A DNA stretch of 64,000 nucleotides from Nitrospirota bacterium (GCA_963751455.1 CAVVUN010000003.1:192001-256000), one strand, 5' to 3'; shown: positions 8,873 through 19,807, numbered from the stretch's first letter. Made by a program: numbers and translations. Notes: a model not told the origin generated them from the sequence alone.

Positions 8873-11800
8873 GTGAGTCTTTTCCACATAATCGCTTATC
8901 CGCTTTTTGTAATCTCCGCGCTCGAAATTGCTCTTGGCATCGTTCTTCTCAGGAATAATCCCCGGAAAAGCAATCTTCAAAAGGCAGTTGCTGCTGTCTC
9001 GTTCTTCTCGGCAGCGTTCTCCTTTATCTCCGCAGCCATGTATATGCGCGCTTCGTTCGGCCTGCCAATCGACCTTGCAGCCCGTCTCAACTGGATCGGC
9101 TGGTTCACGGTTCCTGCAGGCTTGCAGATCCTCTTTTACATGAAAGACGATAGGGCTCCCGTAGGCCGCCGTATCGGCCTTGTTCTCTACCCTGCATGGC
9201 TTCTTATTCTCGGCCTCTGCCTGTTCACGGATCTGATAGTGACTTCGGGTTATTCCGTCATTCCCTTCATTAATCATCCGGGACCCCTTGAAAATGTATT
9301 CCGGCTCTTCGGGTCGCTCCTGGCAGTCTGGCTGTTGATCGGTTTAGTCAGACTGAAAAAACAGCTCCACGGAATCAAGAAAGCGCAGCTTAATTACTTT
9401 TTTCAGGGTGTGTTGATATTCGGGGGCGGCGCTGCGTTCACTGCCGGATTTATGCAGCTGCTGGGAGGATTCGGGTTTGAACCGGGGCTCGCGTCCTTTT
9501 TCAGTTTCCCCTGGGTCGCCATGACCTATTATGCGATCACCCGGAACCGGCTCTTCGATATCCGGCTTATTTTTTCACGGGTGCTTTCCATTATTCTGCT
9601 GGTGGCCCTGTTCGCTGTTGCCCAGATCTGGGTGTTCAAACTGCTTACCCCGGCGCTCGGGGAATCGTTCTCGATCCTGATCTCCCTGTCTATAATCGGC
9701 ATCATTTATTACGGGACCCGGATCAACAGAAAAATGCAGCACATTGTCCAGCAGCTCGTCGTGCAGGACAAATACGATTATCAGGGCGTGCTCAGGGAAT
9801 CCATCAAGGCGATCATCACGATTCTTGACCTGGATGAACTTCTGGATTACATCATAGCCAGCATGAAAAAAAGTCTCGGCGTGGACAGCGCTTATCTCGT
9901 TCTCAAGGAAAAGAGCGGCTCCTTTACGCGCAGCCGCGGCAGGACGGCGGGCCTTGACGAAACCAAAACCGGCCTGGATAATACCATGGTCGACACGCTG
10001 CTGCGGCTTGGCCCCGGAGTTGTTCGGGAAGAGTTGGCCGAAGTCACTTCGGAAGAAGCGGGCATGGTCTGCAGGATGATGGAGAAGATGGCGGCGGAAC
10101 TCATCATCCCGCTCTCGTACAAAGGAGATGTAAAGGGATTTATGGTTCTCGGGCGAAAGGGCAACCAGGACCCCTACCTTCAAAGCGATATCGATCTTTT
10201 GGAATCGCTTGCCGGTCATGCGGCTGTAGCCATCGAAAATGCCCAGCTGTATGAAGAGTCGCGGCGTGTCAGGCAGTCGCTCCAGGAAAGCGAGGAAAAG
10301 TTCAGGACCCTGGCGGAAACAGCTGCTATGGCGATATTCATCCATCAAGGCGGCAACTTCCTGTATGCCAACCGGGCCGCTGAAGTAATCGGAGGGTATA
10401 CGGTCGAGGAATACCTCACAAAGGATTTTATGAGCCTCGTGCATCCCGACTATATCGAGCTCGTAAAGACCCGGGCGCGCGAACGGCTGATCGGCAGCAA
10501 TGATGTGCCCAGGCAGTATGAATTCAAGATCGTCAGAAAGAACGGGGAACACCGATGGGTCCTCATGACGGCAGGCATGGCCGAATTTAAAGGCAAACCC
10601 GCCGTGATGGGAACCCTTATCGATATTACCATTCGCAAACAGGCCGAGGAGGAGCGGGACCAAATGGCGCTCCTGATCGAAAACAGTTCGGACTTTATCG
10701 GCATGGCGAGTCTCGACGGGAAGATCATGTTTGTCAACAGCGCAGGCCGCAGGCTGGTCGGCCTCGAGGACAAGGACGACCTCAAAACAATGACGATGTT
10801 CGATTTTATTATGAAGGAAGACCTCACCCTGTTCGCCGAGCAGCTCCTGCCCAGCGACGTCTGGCGCGGAGAGTTCCGGCTGAAACATTTTAAAACAGGC
10901 TTGCCGATTCCTGTCGACATGTACGGCTTCAGCGTCACCGACGAGAAAACAGGACACGCAATAGCCCGTGCGGCGGTTATCCGCGATATCACCGATCTTA
11001 AACGGGCGCGTGAAGAGCGGGAACGATATTTCCAGCAGCTGAAGGAGGCAACGCATTCCCTTCAGGAAAGCGAGGAAAAATTCCGAACGCTTGCCGAGAC
11101 AACAACCGCCGCAATATTCATCCACCAGGGACAGAAACTGGTATATGCAAATACGGCCGGGGAAACGATGTCCGGATACAGCCGCGAAGAACTCCTGCAG
11201 GAGGATTTCTGGGCGCTTATCCATCCTGACTATCAGGAGCTTACAAAAGAGAGGGGCCAGGCCCGTTTGCGTGGAGAGCAGAAACCGCGGGAGTACGAGT
11301 TTAAATTCATCCGCAAAGACGGGAGCGATCGGTGGGCCGCAACAACCGCGGGTGTCATCGAATTCGGAGGAAAACCGGCCATCATCGCGACCCTGTTCGA
11401 TATAACCGAGTGGAAGCGGGCCGAGGAGGCAAAGGTAAAATTTTACGAGGAGAGCGTGCGGCAGTACCAGGAGCGCATCGAAGAGGAAAAAAGGCACCGG
11501 ATGGAGAAGGAAAAGATCGTGATGGACCTGCATGACGGCATCGGCGGCATTACGACGAACATCAGCATTCTGTCAGAGATCGCTCAGAAAGCGGAAGACA
11601 TGGAAACGGTCAAAACGACGCTTTCAACTATATCAAAGCTTTCCCGGGAAGGGATCGCGGAGATTCGCAGCTTCATGCACAGCCTTGACAGTAAGGAATT
11701 GAACTGGAGGACCCTGGCTGCCGAATTAAGAAACCAGGGAACGAACATGGTCGAGCCTCACAAGATCCGGTTCCTTATCAACTCGACATTGGACGACATC

Positions 11801-12121
11801 TATGAACAGCCGGGAAGTCTCATTTGGGTGAATATGTTCAAAATTTACAAGGAAGCCTTGACGAACGTCATCAAGCATGCGAAAGCCTCTGAAGTAAAAG
11901 TTTCATTTGAAATCGACGGGCAGTCGGTCCGCCTGTCGATAGCAGACAACGGGGTCGGCCTCGCAGGCAGCGGCAGTGAAGGAAGAGGACTGCCGAATAT
12001 GAAAACACGGGCTGCTGAAATAGGCGGTAACCTGACAATCTTTCTGAAGCGGGGAACGATCGTAAACTTCGATCTTCCCTTACCCTTAAAATACCCTGCG
12101 CAGGGTATGGTAAGGCATTGA
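8873..12121 (+). CDS. Membrane sensor histidine kinase: multi-TM N-terminus, GAF, 3 PAS, HisKA_3-type core
   Basis: Hydrophobic N-terminus; AVAIENAQLY; three PAS repeats; DLHDGIG; EALTNVIKHA; DNGVG. Confidence 0.93.
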   Translation: MSLFHIIAYPLFVISALEIALGIVLLRNNPRKSNLQKAVAAVSFFSAAFSFISAAMYMRASFGLPIDLAARLNWIGWFTVPAGLQILFYMKDDRAPVGRRIGLVLYPAWLLILGLCLFTDLIVTSGYSVIPFINHPGPLENVFRLFGSLLAVWLLIGLVRLKKQLHGIKKAQLNYFFQGVLIFGGGAAFTAGFMQLLGGFGFEPGLASFFSFPWVAMTYYAITRNRLFDIRLIFSRVLSIILLVALFAVAQIWVFKLLTPALGESFSILISLSIIGIIYYGTRINRKMQHIVQQLVVQDKYDYQGVLRESIKAIITILDLDELLDYIIASMKKSLGVDSAYLVLKEKSGSFTRSRGRTAGLDETKTGLDNTMVDTLLRLGPGVVREELAEVTSEEAGMVCRMMEKMAAELIIPLSYKGDVKGFMVLGRKGNQDPYLQSDIDLLESLAGHAAVAIENAQLYEESRRVRQSLQESEEKFRTLAETAAMAIFIHQGGNFLYANRAAEVIGGYTVEEYLTKDFMSLVHPDYIELVKTRARERLIGSNDVPRQYEFKIVRKNGEHRWVLMTAGMAEFKGKPAVMGTLIDITIRKQAEEERDQMALLIENSSDFIGMASLDGKIMFVNSAGRRLVGLEDKDDLKTMTMFDFIMKEDLTLFAEQLLPSDVWRGEFRLKHFKTGLPIPVDMYGFSVTDEKTGHAIARAAVIRDITDLKRAREERERYFQQLKEATHSLQESEEKFRTLAETTTAAIFIHQGQKLVYANTAGETMSGYSREELLQEDFWALIHPDYQELTKERGQARLRGEQKPREYEFKFIRKDGSDRWAATTAGVIEFGGKPAIIATLFDITEWKRAEEAKVKFYEESVRQYQERIEEEKRHRMEKEKIVMDLHDGIGGITTNISILSEIAQKAEDMETVKTTLSTISKLSREGIAEIRSFMHSLDSKELNWRTLAAELRNQGTNMVEPHKIRFLINSTLDDIYEQPGSLIWVNMFKIYKEALTNVIKHAKASEVKVSFEIDGQSVRLSIADNGVGLAGSGSEGRGLPNMKTRAAEIGGNLTIFLKRGTIVNFDLPLPLKYPAQGMVRH
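12081..12108 (+). promoter_or_regulatory. Box I (TACCCTTAAAATACCC) overlapping an 18-bp palindrome, upstream of the response regulator
   Basis: TACCC direct repeat with 11-bp period; ATACCCTGCGCAGGGTAT at 12091-12108. Confidence 0.6.
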
Positions 12122-12143
12122 TTGCTGTGATAGGAGTTATACT

Positions 12144-12767
12144 ATGCGACTTGTAATTGTGGAAGACGACCCTATTTTACGTGAAAGCCTCAAGCTCCTT
12201 CTCGGCGGCGAGTCAGGCATTACCGTTGCAGGCGCATACCGGACTGCGGAAGATGCCTTGCGTTCTTTAAAAAAGGCAGCGCCGCAAGTCATGCTTGCCG
12301 ACCTCGGATTGCCGGGGATGTCGGGGATAGAGATGATCAAGGAAGCAAAGGAAAGCATGCCGTCTCTCGAGATCATGGCGCACACGGTATTCGAAGACCG
12401 GGAAAACGTATTTTCCGCGATCAAAGCGGGTGCATCCGGATACATACTCAAAGGCAGCAGTCCGCGGGAAATCGTCGAGGCCATATACGAGATCAATAAA
12501 GGCGGGGCCCCTATGAGTCCGAAAATAGCAAGGAAAGTGATTCACGAGTTTCGGGATGAGGGCGTCGGCGAGCAGTATGATCTCAGCCAGCGGGAAAAGG
12601 ATATCGTCAAGTGCATTGAACAGGGCCTGACCTATAAGGAGATATCGATAAAGTTGAATATCAGTTCCCATACCGTGCACACCCATATAAAAAATATCTA
12701 TGAAAAACTCCAGGCCAAGGACCGGAATGAAGCGCTTGTAAAGGCAAGAAAAACCGGCATTATCTGA
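12144..12767 (+). CDS. NarL/LuxR-family response regulator
   Basis: REC domain (EDD, DLGLPG) plus LSQREKDI...ISSHTVHTHIKNIYEKL HTH. Confidence 0.95.
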   Translation: MRLVIVEDDPILRESLKLLLGGESGITVAGAYRTAEDALRSLKKAAPQVMLADLGLPGMSGIEMIKEAKESMPSLEIMAHTVFEDRENVFSAIKAGASGYILKGSSPREIVEAIYEINKGGAPMSPKIARKVIHEFRDEGVGEQYDLSQREKDIVKCIEQGLTYKEISIKLNISSHTVHTHIKNIYEKLQAKDRNEALVKARKTGII

Positions 12768-12805
12768 TGTATCGCCACTTCATGTCCACTGCTACCCCTT
12801 CTCAA

Positions 12806-12862
12806 TACCCTAAAAATACCCCGACCGGGCGATTTACACTGATGGTGTAATCAGGTACAGTG
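12806..12862 (+). promoter_or_regulatory. Box I plus sigma70-like promoter
   Basis: TACCCTAAAAATACCC, 11 nt, TTTACA-N17-TACAGT. Confidence 0.6.
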
Positions 12863-12906
12863 AGATTACTGGAAAATCTGAAACCGTTTCTAGCGGAGTT
12901 TAAGCT

Positions 12907-13110
12907 GTGAGCGACCCCGGTGAAGAAAAAAAACTGAAATACAGCGCGCCAACTCTTGAAAAATACCTCCTGATGGATGAAAAGGAGAAGGATCACGAAA
13001 TCCAGAAAGCGGTTGCCCGCCTGCAGAATCGTATTCAGGAAATTTTGTATTTGCTCGATACGGACAAGCCATCCATTGCAGGCAGCGAAGCGGAAGCTAA
13101 TAAGAAATAG
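12907..13110 (+). CDS. Small hypothetical protein
   Basis: GGAG RBS, GTG start, promoter upstream and terminator downstream. Confidence 0.6.
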   Translation: MSDPGEEKKLKYSAPTLEKYLLMDEKEKDHEIQKAVARLQNRIQEILYLLDTDKPSIAGSEAEANKK

Positions 13111-13171
13111 CTTCGGAACCAATCCGCAAGCGACAGCCTGCGGAACTCCCCAAGTTCATCCTCCTTTACCT

Positions 13172-13204
13172 ATACCCCCTTCCTTTCGGAAGGGGGATTT
13201 TTTA
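13172..13204 (+). terminator. Rho-independent terminator
   Basis: CCCCCTTCC-TTTC-GGAAGGGGG followed by ATTTTTT. Confidence 0.75.
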
Positions 13205-13334
13205 TCTATTATAGATTATAAAACCTGCTTTCTCTGCCTTTCCGCAATCGCCCTGTCTACCTGCGTCATTCGCCGTCAAAACAGCATCAAACGGGGAAAA
13301 AAGTAATTGACAATTAAACTGCAGGCTGTTATAA

Positions 13335-14285
13335 ATGACGTCTATGCTCCAGGCAACGGAAAAGATATGGTTTAACGGCACGTTGGTGAACTGGGATGAT
13401 GCGAAGCTTCACATTCTGAGCCATTCACTTCACTATGGAACCGGCGTATTCGAAGGGATCCGCTGCTATAAAACGGACATCGGTTCGGCGGTATTCAGGT
13501 TGCCGGAGCACGTCGATCGTTTCTTCGACTCGGCCCATATCTGTTTCCTGGACATCCCCTTCACGCGCGAGGCCATAAGCGAGGCCATACTCGATACCAT
13601 CCGTGCGAACAGGATCGAGGCTTGCTATATCAGGCCGCTGGCCCATATCGGCTACGGAGCAATGGGTATTTATCCCAAGGAAAACCCGATTCAGGTCTCC
13701 ATCGCTGTCTGGCCGTGGGGAAGCTATCTCGGGGAAGAAGGGCTCAAAAACGGAATCCGGGTCAAAATCTCTTCTTTCACGCGGCCGCATGTAAATGCTA
13801 CCATGGTGCGGTCTAAAACGACTGCAAATTATGCGAATTCTCTCCTCGCCAAGCGCGAGGCGCTTAAAGACGGGTATGATGAAGCGCTGCTCCTCGATAC
13901 CGACGGGTACGTTGCTGAAGGAAGCGGGGAGAACGTGTTTATCGTCCGCAAGGGGGTAATAAAAACGCCGCCCTTGACGTCGATCCTGGAAGGCATAACC
14001 AGAGAAACGATAATGCAGCTTGCGTCCGAACGCGGAATGCGCGTTGTCGAAGAGCGGTTTACCAGGGACGAACTGTATATCGCGGACGAGAGCTTCTTTA
14101 CGGGCACAGCCGCCGAGATCACGCCGATCCGGGAAGTGGATAATCGAGCAATTGGAACCGGGCGCCCCGGTCCGGTTACCAACGAATTGCAGTCCGCCTT
14201 CTTCGAGATCGTCCACGGCCGGGACAGCCGTCACACTGAATGGCTTACCTCTGTTCACAAAAAGCAGCCCGTCACGAATAAGTAA
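13335..14285 (+). CDS. ilvE: Branched-chain amino acid aminotransferase
   Basis: LHYGTGVFEGIR; AEGSGENVF; ILEGITR; FFTGTAAEITPI. Confidence 0.96.
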   Translation: MTSMLQATEKIWFNGTLVNWDDAKLHILSHSLHYGTGVFEGIRCYKTDIGSAVFRLPEHVDRFFDSAHICFLDIPFTREAISEAILDTIRANRIEACYIRPLAHIGYGAMGIYPKENPIQVSIAVWPWGSYLGEEGLKNGIRVKISSFTRPHVNATMVRSKTTANYANSLLAKREALKDGYDEALLLDTDGYVAEGSGENVFIVRKGVIKTPPLTSILEGITRETIMQLASERGMRVVEERFTRDELYIADESFFTGTAAEITPIREVDNRAIGTGRPGPVTNELQSAFFEIVHGRDSRHTEWLTSVHKKQPVTNK

Positions 14286-14353
14286 ACATAGCCCCGGATA
14301 GAAAGTCAACGACGCAGAAAACTCTGCGACCATGGTTCTTTTGTTTTGCAAGT

Positions 14354-14438
14354 GCCGAAGTGGTGGAATTGGTAGACACGCACGTTTGAGGGGCGTGTGG
14401 GGCAACCCATGGGGGTTCGAGTCCCCCCTTCGGCACCA
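14354..14438 (+). tRNA. tRNA-Leu (anticodon GAG)
   Basis: GCCGAAG acceptor stem, anticodon loop TTGAGGG, long variable arm, GTTCGA T-loop, encoded CCA. Confidence 0.95.
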
Positions 14439-14495
14439 TTTTTTCCCGCCTGGAGCGGCGCATTACTTCATCTCGTTTTTCCTGATTGTGTCATC

Positions 14496-16115
14496 ATGAA
14501 AAAATTCCTTACCCTAAGACTAACCGTCTTCATCCTCTGTACGGCTTTCCTCTTTCCCGCAGCTTCGCTTTCGCAGGATCAGGAGAAAAATAATACATTA
14601 GGTATCATATCGGTGCCCCTGGCCAATGTGCACCATCAGGCAGTGCCGAAGTCGGGTCTGGTAACGCAGGTGCTGATGGCCGATGAAGTACGGATCATCG
14701 AAAAGCAGGATTACCGCTATCATATCACGATCCCCGGACAGCATAACCGGGAAGGATGGATCCAGCAGGAGGCCGTTTACATACCGAAGGACAAGAACCG
14801 TAACTATCTCAATTCTGAGCGGCCCTGGATCGTAATCGCCGTGCCCAAGACCGAGGCGCTCATCCTCGATAAGACCGGAGACCACAAGGTGCCCCTTTAT
14901 GCGGGTACACATCTTCCCATCCTGGAAAAAAGACAGGACGGCTTCAAAGTCCAGTTTCCAGACCGGTCCGTCGCGATCATTAATCCGGCCGATGTAATAC
15001 CGGTAAAGTTGTCGGACCCGCTCTCCAATGACACCGCCCCAGACGATATTGCAAAAACAGCCCGGAAATTCCAGGGCGTCCATTCGCTGGACGGCGGCAT
15101 CACCGCTCAAGGCATGGATACGCGCGGCCTTATTTATATCGTATACAGAATTCACGGTATCTCCCTCGGAACCGATCGGGCGTCCCTCAACGCAAAGGCC
15201 GACCGCATACCAAAAAAAGAAATCCAGCCGGGCGATGTTGTGGTGTTTCACGGAGACCGTGAGGGGCTCTATGTCGGCAACGGCCTGTTTCTCGAGTCGA
15301 TCAAAAAACGCTCCATAGTGCTCGCCGGCATCAACGATAAACGCTATGCCCAGGCCGTCCAATATGGGATGAGGATAATCGGCGCCGATCCGGACGATAA
15401 CAAGCGGCCGGCTGAAATGACGGCAGACGAAATACTGCTTGCGCAGGCAAGAACAGCGCGGCTTCCTCTCGGGAAACGCATCTCGTTCTGGGCGGAACGT
15501 TTCATCGGCACGCCCTATGACCCGGACCCGCTCGGCACGTATGTCCGCAGCAATCGTATCGTGGCGGACGAGAGGGTAGACTGCATGTACCACACGTTCC
15601 GGTCCGTGGAACTCGCTTTCAGCGGCACGCCGTCGGAAGCGATCGACACGGCGCTCACGCTGAGGTTCCAGACGAAGGGCGCGGTCACAGACGGACTCGT
15701 GACGAACTACGACGAGCGTTTCCAGTACGGCGAAGACATGGTGTACAGCGGCAAATGGGGCAGCAACATCACTGCCCGGCTTGGCGCAATTAAAACGATC
15801 CCCGGCAGCCGCGGAAGGGAAGCGGTCCAGATCCTTGGCAAAAACACCCTTGCGCTCTCCGGCTTTCAGAAAAAGCTCCAGGATGGAGACATCATCTTCT
15901 GGGTCAAAGACCCGAAAAAGCGCGTGATCGACGAGATTGTTGCCCACCTCTCGATTGTCGTAATGAAATCCGGCAAACCATATCTTGTCCATGCTTCCGG
16001 GAACAAGGACTATAAGGGTTCGCCCGGCAGCGGCGTCGTGAAGGAAGTAACCCTTGCCGAATACGTGCACAACATGCGTTTCATCGGCGCATTTGTCACA
16101 CGGTTCGAGCAGTAA
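14496..16115 (+). CDS. Secreted SH3 plus degenerate NlpC/P60 plus DUF1460-like (amidase-like) fusion protein
   Basis: Signal peptide; LVTQVLM SH3-like; [14 protein letters not shown] NlpC-like; FIGTPY...RVDCMY...LQDGDIIF...AHLSI...LVHAS. Confidence 0.75.
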   Translation: MKKFLTLRLTVFILCTAFLFPAASLSQDQEKNNTLGIISVPLANVHHQAVPKSGLVTQVLMADEVRIIEKQDYRYHITIPGQHNREGWIQQEAVYIPKDKNRNYLNSERPWIVIAVPKTEALILDKTGDHKVPLYAGTHLPILEKRQDGFKVQFPDRSVAIINPADVIPVKLSDPLSNDTAPDDIAKTARKFQGVHSLDGGITAQGMDTRGLIYIVYRIHGISLGTDRASLNAKADRIPKKEIQPGDVVVFHGDREGLYVGNGLFLESIKKRSIVLAGINDKRYAQAVQYGMRIIGADPDDNKRPAEMTADEILLAQARTARLPLGKRISFWAERFIGTPYDPDPLGTYVRSNRIVADERVDCMYHTFRSVELAFSGTPSEAIDTALTLRFQTKGAVTDGLVTNYDERFQYGEDMVYSGKWGSNITARLGAIKTIPGSRGREAVQILGKNTLALSGFQKKLQDGDIIFWVKDPKKRVIDEIVAHLSIVVMKSGKPYLVHASGNKDYKGSPGSGVVKEVTLAEYVHNMRFIGAFVTRFEQ

Positions 16116-16275
16116 CATTTTGGTTTGACAACGCTTCCTTTACTTTGCTATTCTCTCCGGTAAAGTCATGCAGCATTCTTGTATATCTGTTTTTTTAAGT
16201 TTGTCTGGTTTGTTTAGTTCTAACCAAACAAACTAAATCAACTAAACAAACCGCAATCCGCAATCAAGGAGGCCT

Positions 16276-17808
16276 ATGCTCTCCAAGGTCATCAGCTCGG
16301 CGGTACTCGGCATTGACGCCTACCCGGTCGAAGTTGAAGTCGATATCGCGAGCAGGGGCCTTCCGTTCTTCTCCACTGTGGGCCTGCCCGACGCTGCCGT
16401 CAAGGAGAGCAAGGAGCGCGTCCGCGCCGCCCTCAAGAACACCGGCTTCGACTTTCCCCTGAAGCAGGTCGTGGTCAACCTCGCACCCGCCGACATCAAG
16501 AAAGAAGGCTCCGCCTTCGATTTGCCCATCGCAATCGGCATGCTCATCGCAGAAGGAATTCTCACGCAGGACATGGTCGACGGTTACGTTATCGTTGGCG
16601 AGCTCTCGCTCGACGGCAGGCTGAAGCCCGTGCGCGGGGCGCTCTCCATGGCCGTTCTTGCGAAGAAGGCCGGTTACCGGGGCATGGTGGTCCCCGCGGA
16701 CAATGCGCAGGAAGCAGCGGTCGTCGAGGACGTCCGTATCTACAGCATGCACACGCTTCCGGAGGTCGTCGAATTTCTGAGCGGCAGAAGCGGTGCCGGC
16801 CCGGTGGCAATCGACGTAAAAACCGCATTCGAAGCGTATTCCGCGTATCAGGAAGACTTCTCGGAAGTAAAAGGGCAGGAACATGCAAAGCGCGCCATCG
16901 AGGTTGCGGCTGCAGGAGGCCATAATATCATCATGATCGGTCCTCCCGGCTCGGGCAAAACGATGCTGGCCCGCCGTCTTCCCACGGTGCTTCCGCAGAT
17001 GAGTTTCGATGAGTCCATCGAAACAACCAAGATCCACAGCATCATGGGCCTGCTCAGGAAGGGCCAGCCGCTCATCGCCACCCGGCCGTACCGCTCGCCG
17101 CATCATACAATATCGGACGCCGGGCTTATCGGCGGCGGACAGGTCCCGAAACCGGGTGAAGCCAGTCTGTCGCACAACGGCGTCCTGTTCCTGGATGAGC
17201 TTCCCGAATTCAAGCGCAACGTCCTGGAAGCCCTCCGGCAGCCGCTCGAAGACGGGCAGGTTACCATATCACGGGCCATTACATCGCTCACCTACCCGGC
17301 TTCCATGATGCTTGTCGCTGCCATGAATCCCTGCAAATGCGGTTTTCATGGCGATCCTTTTCATCAATGCCTCTGCACACCGCACCAGATCCAGACCTAC
17401 CGCTCGAAAGTTTCCGGACCGCTCATGGACCGGATCGATATCCATATAGAAGTGCCGGCTATAAAGTTTAACGAGATTGCATCAGAGATCCCGGCTGAAC
17501 CATCGTCGTCCATCCGCGAGCGCGTGACCCGGGCGCGCGAGATGCAGCAGGAACGGTTCAGCAACGACGGCATCTATTCGAATTCCCAGATGAAGCCCCG
17601 CCATATCCGCAAATACTGTAAAATCGATGAGGATTGCCAGTCACTGATGGAATCGGCGATGAACAGGCTCGGGCTGTCTGCCCGTGCTTACAACCGCGTG
17701 CTCAAGGTGGCCCGAACCATAGCCGATATCGATGGAAGCGTTCACATAGCGTCCGAACATATTGCAGAGGCGATCCAGTACCGGAGTTTGGATAGAAGGG
17801 TAAGCTAA
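16276..17808 (+). CDS. comM: YifB/ComM Mg-chelatase-like AAA+ ATPase
   Basis: VGLPDAAVKES; NLAPAD; GPPGSGKTMLA; LFLDELPEF; LSARAY. Confidence 0.93.
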   Translation: MLSKVISSAVLGIDAYPVEVEVDIASRGLPFFSTVGLPDAAVKESKERVRAALKNTGFDFPLKQVVVNLAPADIKKEGSAFDLPIAIGMLIAEGILTQDMVDGYVIVGELSLDGRLKPVRGALSMAVLAKKAGYRGMVVPADNAQEAAVVEDVRIYSMHTLPEVVEFLSGRSGAGPVAIDVKTAFEAYSAYQEDFSEVKGQEHAKRAIEVAAAGGHNIIMIGPPGSGKTMLARRLPTVLPQMSFDESIETTKIHSIMGLLRKGQPLIATRPYRSPHHTISDAGLIGGGQVPKPGEASLSHNGVLFLDELPEFKRNVLEALRQPLEDGQVTISRAITSLTYPASMMLVAAMNPCKCGFHGDPFHQCLCTPHQIQTYRSKVSGPLMDRIDIHIEVPAIKFNEIASEIPAEPSSSIRERVTRAREMQQERFSNDGIYSNSQMKPRHIRKYCKIDEDCQSLMESAMNRLGLSARAYNRVLKVARTIADIDGSVHIASEHIAEAIQYRSLDRRVS

Positions 17809-17938
17809 GTATTCTGATCTTTTTACAGCGATAACAATTAAACCAAAGAGAAATGTCGTGAGTGATTGTTTTGAGCGTGAATGGCCATTGTAAATTTATT
17901 TGCAAAATGATAAAATTATAATAATCAAGAGGCAATGC

Positions 17939-18160
17939 ATGCGCGTTAAAGACCTACCTGAAATATCCAAACTAAGCACACCAGAAAAGATATTGTTAGT
18001 AGAGGATCTCTGGGATAGCATTTCCGCGGATGAAGCATCCATTCCTGTACCGGAAAGCCACAAGGCAGAACTCGATGCACGGCTCAAGCGGTATGAATCT
18101 GCTCCAGGTTCCCTCCTGTCTCTTGATGATCTTCGAACGAGAATCGAAAAGAGAAAATGA
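17939..18160 (+). CDS. Addiction-module antitoxin component
   Basis: LSTPEKILLVEDLWDSI...HKAELDARL; overlaps the toxin start. Confidence 0.85.
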   Translation: MRVKDLPEISKLSTPEKILLVEDLWDSISADEASIPVPESHKAELDARLKRYESAPGSLLSLDDLRTRIEKRK

Positions 18161-18467
18161 CTTATACCCTTCGTTTTCTGCCTGAAGTCGCAGATGATGC
18201 CATCAGTGGCTTTTCATGGTATGAAACGAAATCGTCGGGACTAGGCGATGAATTTCTTCGTATGTTCTATGCCTGCGCCGGTGATATTCCCCGAAATCCC
18301 CTCCTTTATCAAAAGTGCACAAAGAATTCAGGCGTTGTTTGATCAGAAGATTCCCTTACGCTATCTACTTCACTTTAAAGAATGAACAGATCATCGTAAC
18401 CGGTTTGTTTCATTGTGCGCGTGATCCGCGCCGCGTTGAGTCAATGCTATTAGATCGAAAAGACTGA
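18157..18467 (+). CDS. RelE/ParE-family toxin (frameshift at A-run ~18312)
   Basis: FLPEVADD...WYE...GLGDEF, then shifted frame VHKEFRRCLIRRFPYAIYF...FHCARDP. Confidence 0.8.
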
Positions 18468-18621
18468 TTTTAACCAGTTGTTCAAGAACGACTCGCTGAG
18501 AACACACCCCTCGCGCGCGTTCCGGCTCACTTTTCTCGCTGACTACCTAGAGAGATTATGAAACCGACTGCCGCTTTTTTCTGGCGAAAGCTCGATCACC
18601 ATGGGTACGATAGGTGCCGCC

Positions 18622-19689
18622 TTATAATCTTTTTCCGGAAGATGCATCGAACAGCAAGACTTTCTCAGGAGACAATATTAAATGCGCGGCACTCCCGGGC
18701 TGGAGCTTTTTCTCCGGCTTCGACAGCGCTCTCAACTTCGATTCCTTCCACTGAACTTCAATCCAGTTGATTGAGCCGGCCGGCTCAATGACCAAAACCG
18801 TCACTTCAATGCTGTTGTCCTTTCTTTTCGTCTCAACTCTCAGATCTTCAGGTCTGATCCCAAGCACAGCCGTATTATTGGATGGCATGGTCCTGATCCG
18901 CGGAGAAAGAACATGACCGTTGCAATCCACTTCCAGGGGCTCGCTCTTCCGGACAGCGCATTCCAGGAAGTTCATGGGCGGACTGCCGATAAAGCCCGCA
19001 ACAAACATATTAGCCGGATTCCGGTAGACTTCAGCCGGCGCATCGCACTGCTGGATTACTCCTTTGTCCAGAACCGCGATCCTGTCCGAAAGCCCCATTG
19101 CCTCCCCCTGGTCATGGGTAACATAGATCGTTGTGATACCCAGCTGCCTGTGGAGAAGCTTCAATTCGGCCCGCATGTCTATCCTGAGCCTTGCGTCGAG
19201 GTTCGAAAGGGGTTCGTCCAGCGCGAAGATCTTCGGTTTCCTGACGATCGCCCTGCCGAGCGCGACCCGCTGCCGCTGACCGCCCGACAGCTCCTTTGGT
19301 TTTCGCCCAAGAAGGTTCTCGAGTCCAAGAAGCGCTGCCACTCGCGTGACCTCTGTTGAAATAAATTCTTTACGCTCCTTCTTCATTGTGAGAGGAAAGG
19401 CGATATTATCGTAAACCGTCATATGCGGATAAAGTGCGTAGCTCTGAAAGACCATGGCAATGTCGCGGTCTCTCGGAGACATATCGTTCACCCGGATGGC
19501 ATCGAAGAACAGGGACCCCGAGGTAACCGGCTCCAGGCCTGCGATCATATTCAGGAGCGTGGATTTCCCGCATCCGCTCGGCCCGACGAAGGTAAAGAAT
19601 TCCCCGTCCCGGATCTCCAGGTCGAGCGCCTTGATGATCGTAGTCGGGCCGAATTGTTTTGTCACGTGTTCAAAGCGAATCGAGGCCAT
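18622..19689 (-). CDS. Sugar ABC transporter ATP-binding subunit (MalK-like)
   Basis: GPSGCGKST; VFQSYALYPHM; LSGGQRQR; FIGSPPMN. Confidence 0.95.
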   Translation of the reverse strand: MASIRFEHVTKQFGPTTIIKALDLEIRDGEFFTFVGPSGCGKSTLLNMIAGLEPVTSGSLFFDAIRVNDMSPRDRDIAMVFQSYALYPHMTVYDNIAFPLTMKKERKEFISTEVTRVAALLGLENLLGRKPKELSGGQRQRVALGRAIVRKPKIFALDEPLSNLDARLRIDMRAELKLLHRQLGITTIYVTHDQGEAMGLSDRIAVLDKGVIQQCDAPAEVYRNPANMFVAGFIGSPPMNFLECAVRKSEPLEVDCNGHVLSPRIRTMPSNNTAVLGIRPEDLRVETKRKDNSIEVTVLVIEPAGSINWIEVQWKESKLRALSKPEKKLQPGSAAHLILSPEKVLLFDASSGKRL

Positions 19690-19807
19690 AGTCTAATACC
19701 GCATAGCGCAAAGCGCATAGAGCATAGCGTCATAAGAATCCCGAGAAGCATTAAACTGCAGATTCGTGCTCTGCGCGCTATGCGCTTTGCGCCATGCACC
19801 ATGCGGT

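Noticed and set aside
9575-11533. Long antisense ORFs (also 13425-14405, 14598-16118, 30614-31843, 51743-52693)
   Set aside because: Antisense shadows of well-supported genes with no recognisable motifs
12907-13110. Lasso-peptide gene cluster
   Set aside because: No cyclase, peptidase or RRE genes nearby and no Gly-started core
14354-14438. tRNA-Leu as an integration site for an island or prophage
   Set aside because: No integrase and no duplicated tRNA 3' end seen in the window
14397-14495. Long N-terminus of the NlpC fusion ORF
   Set aside because: Overlaps the tRNA; the signal peptide starts at ATG 14496
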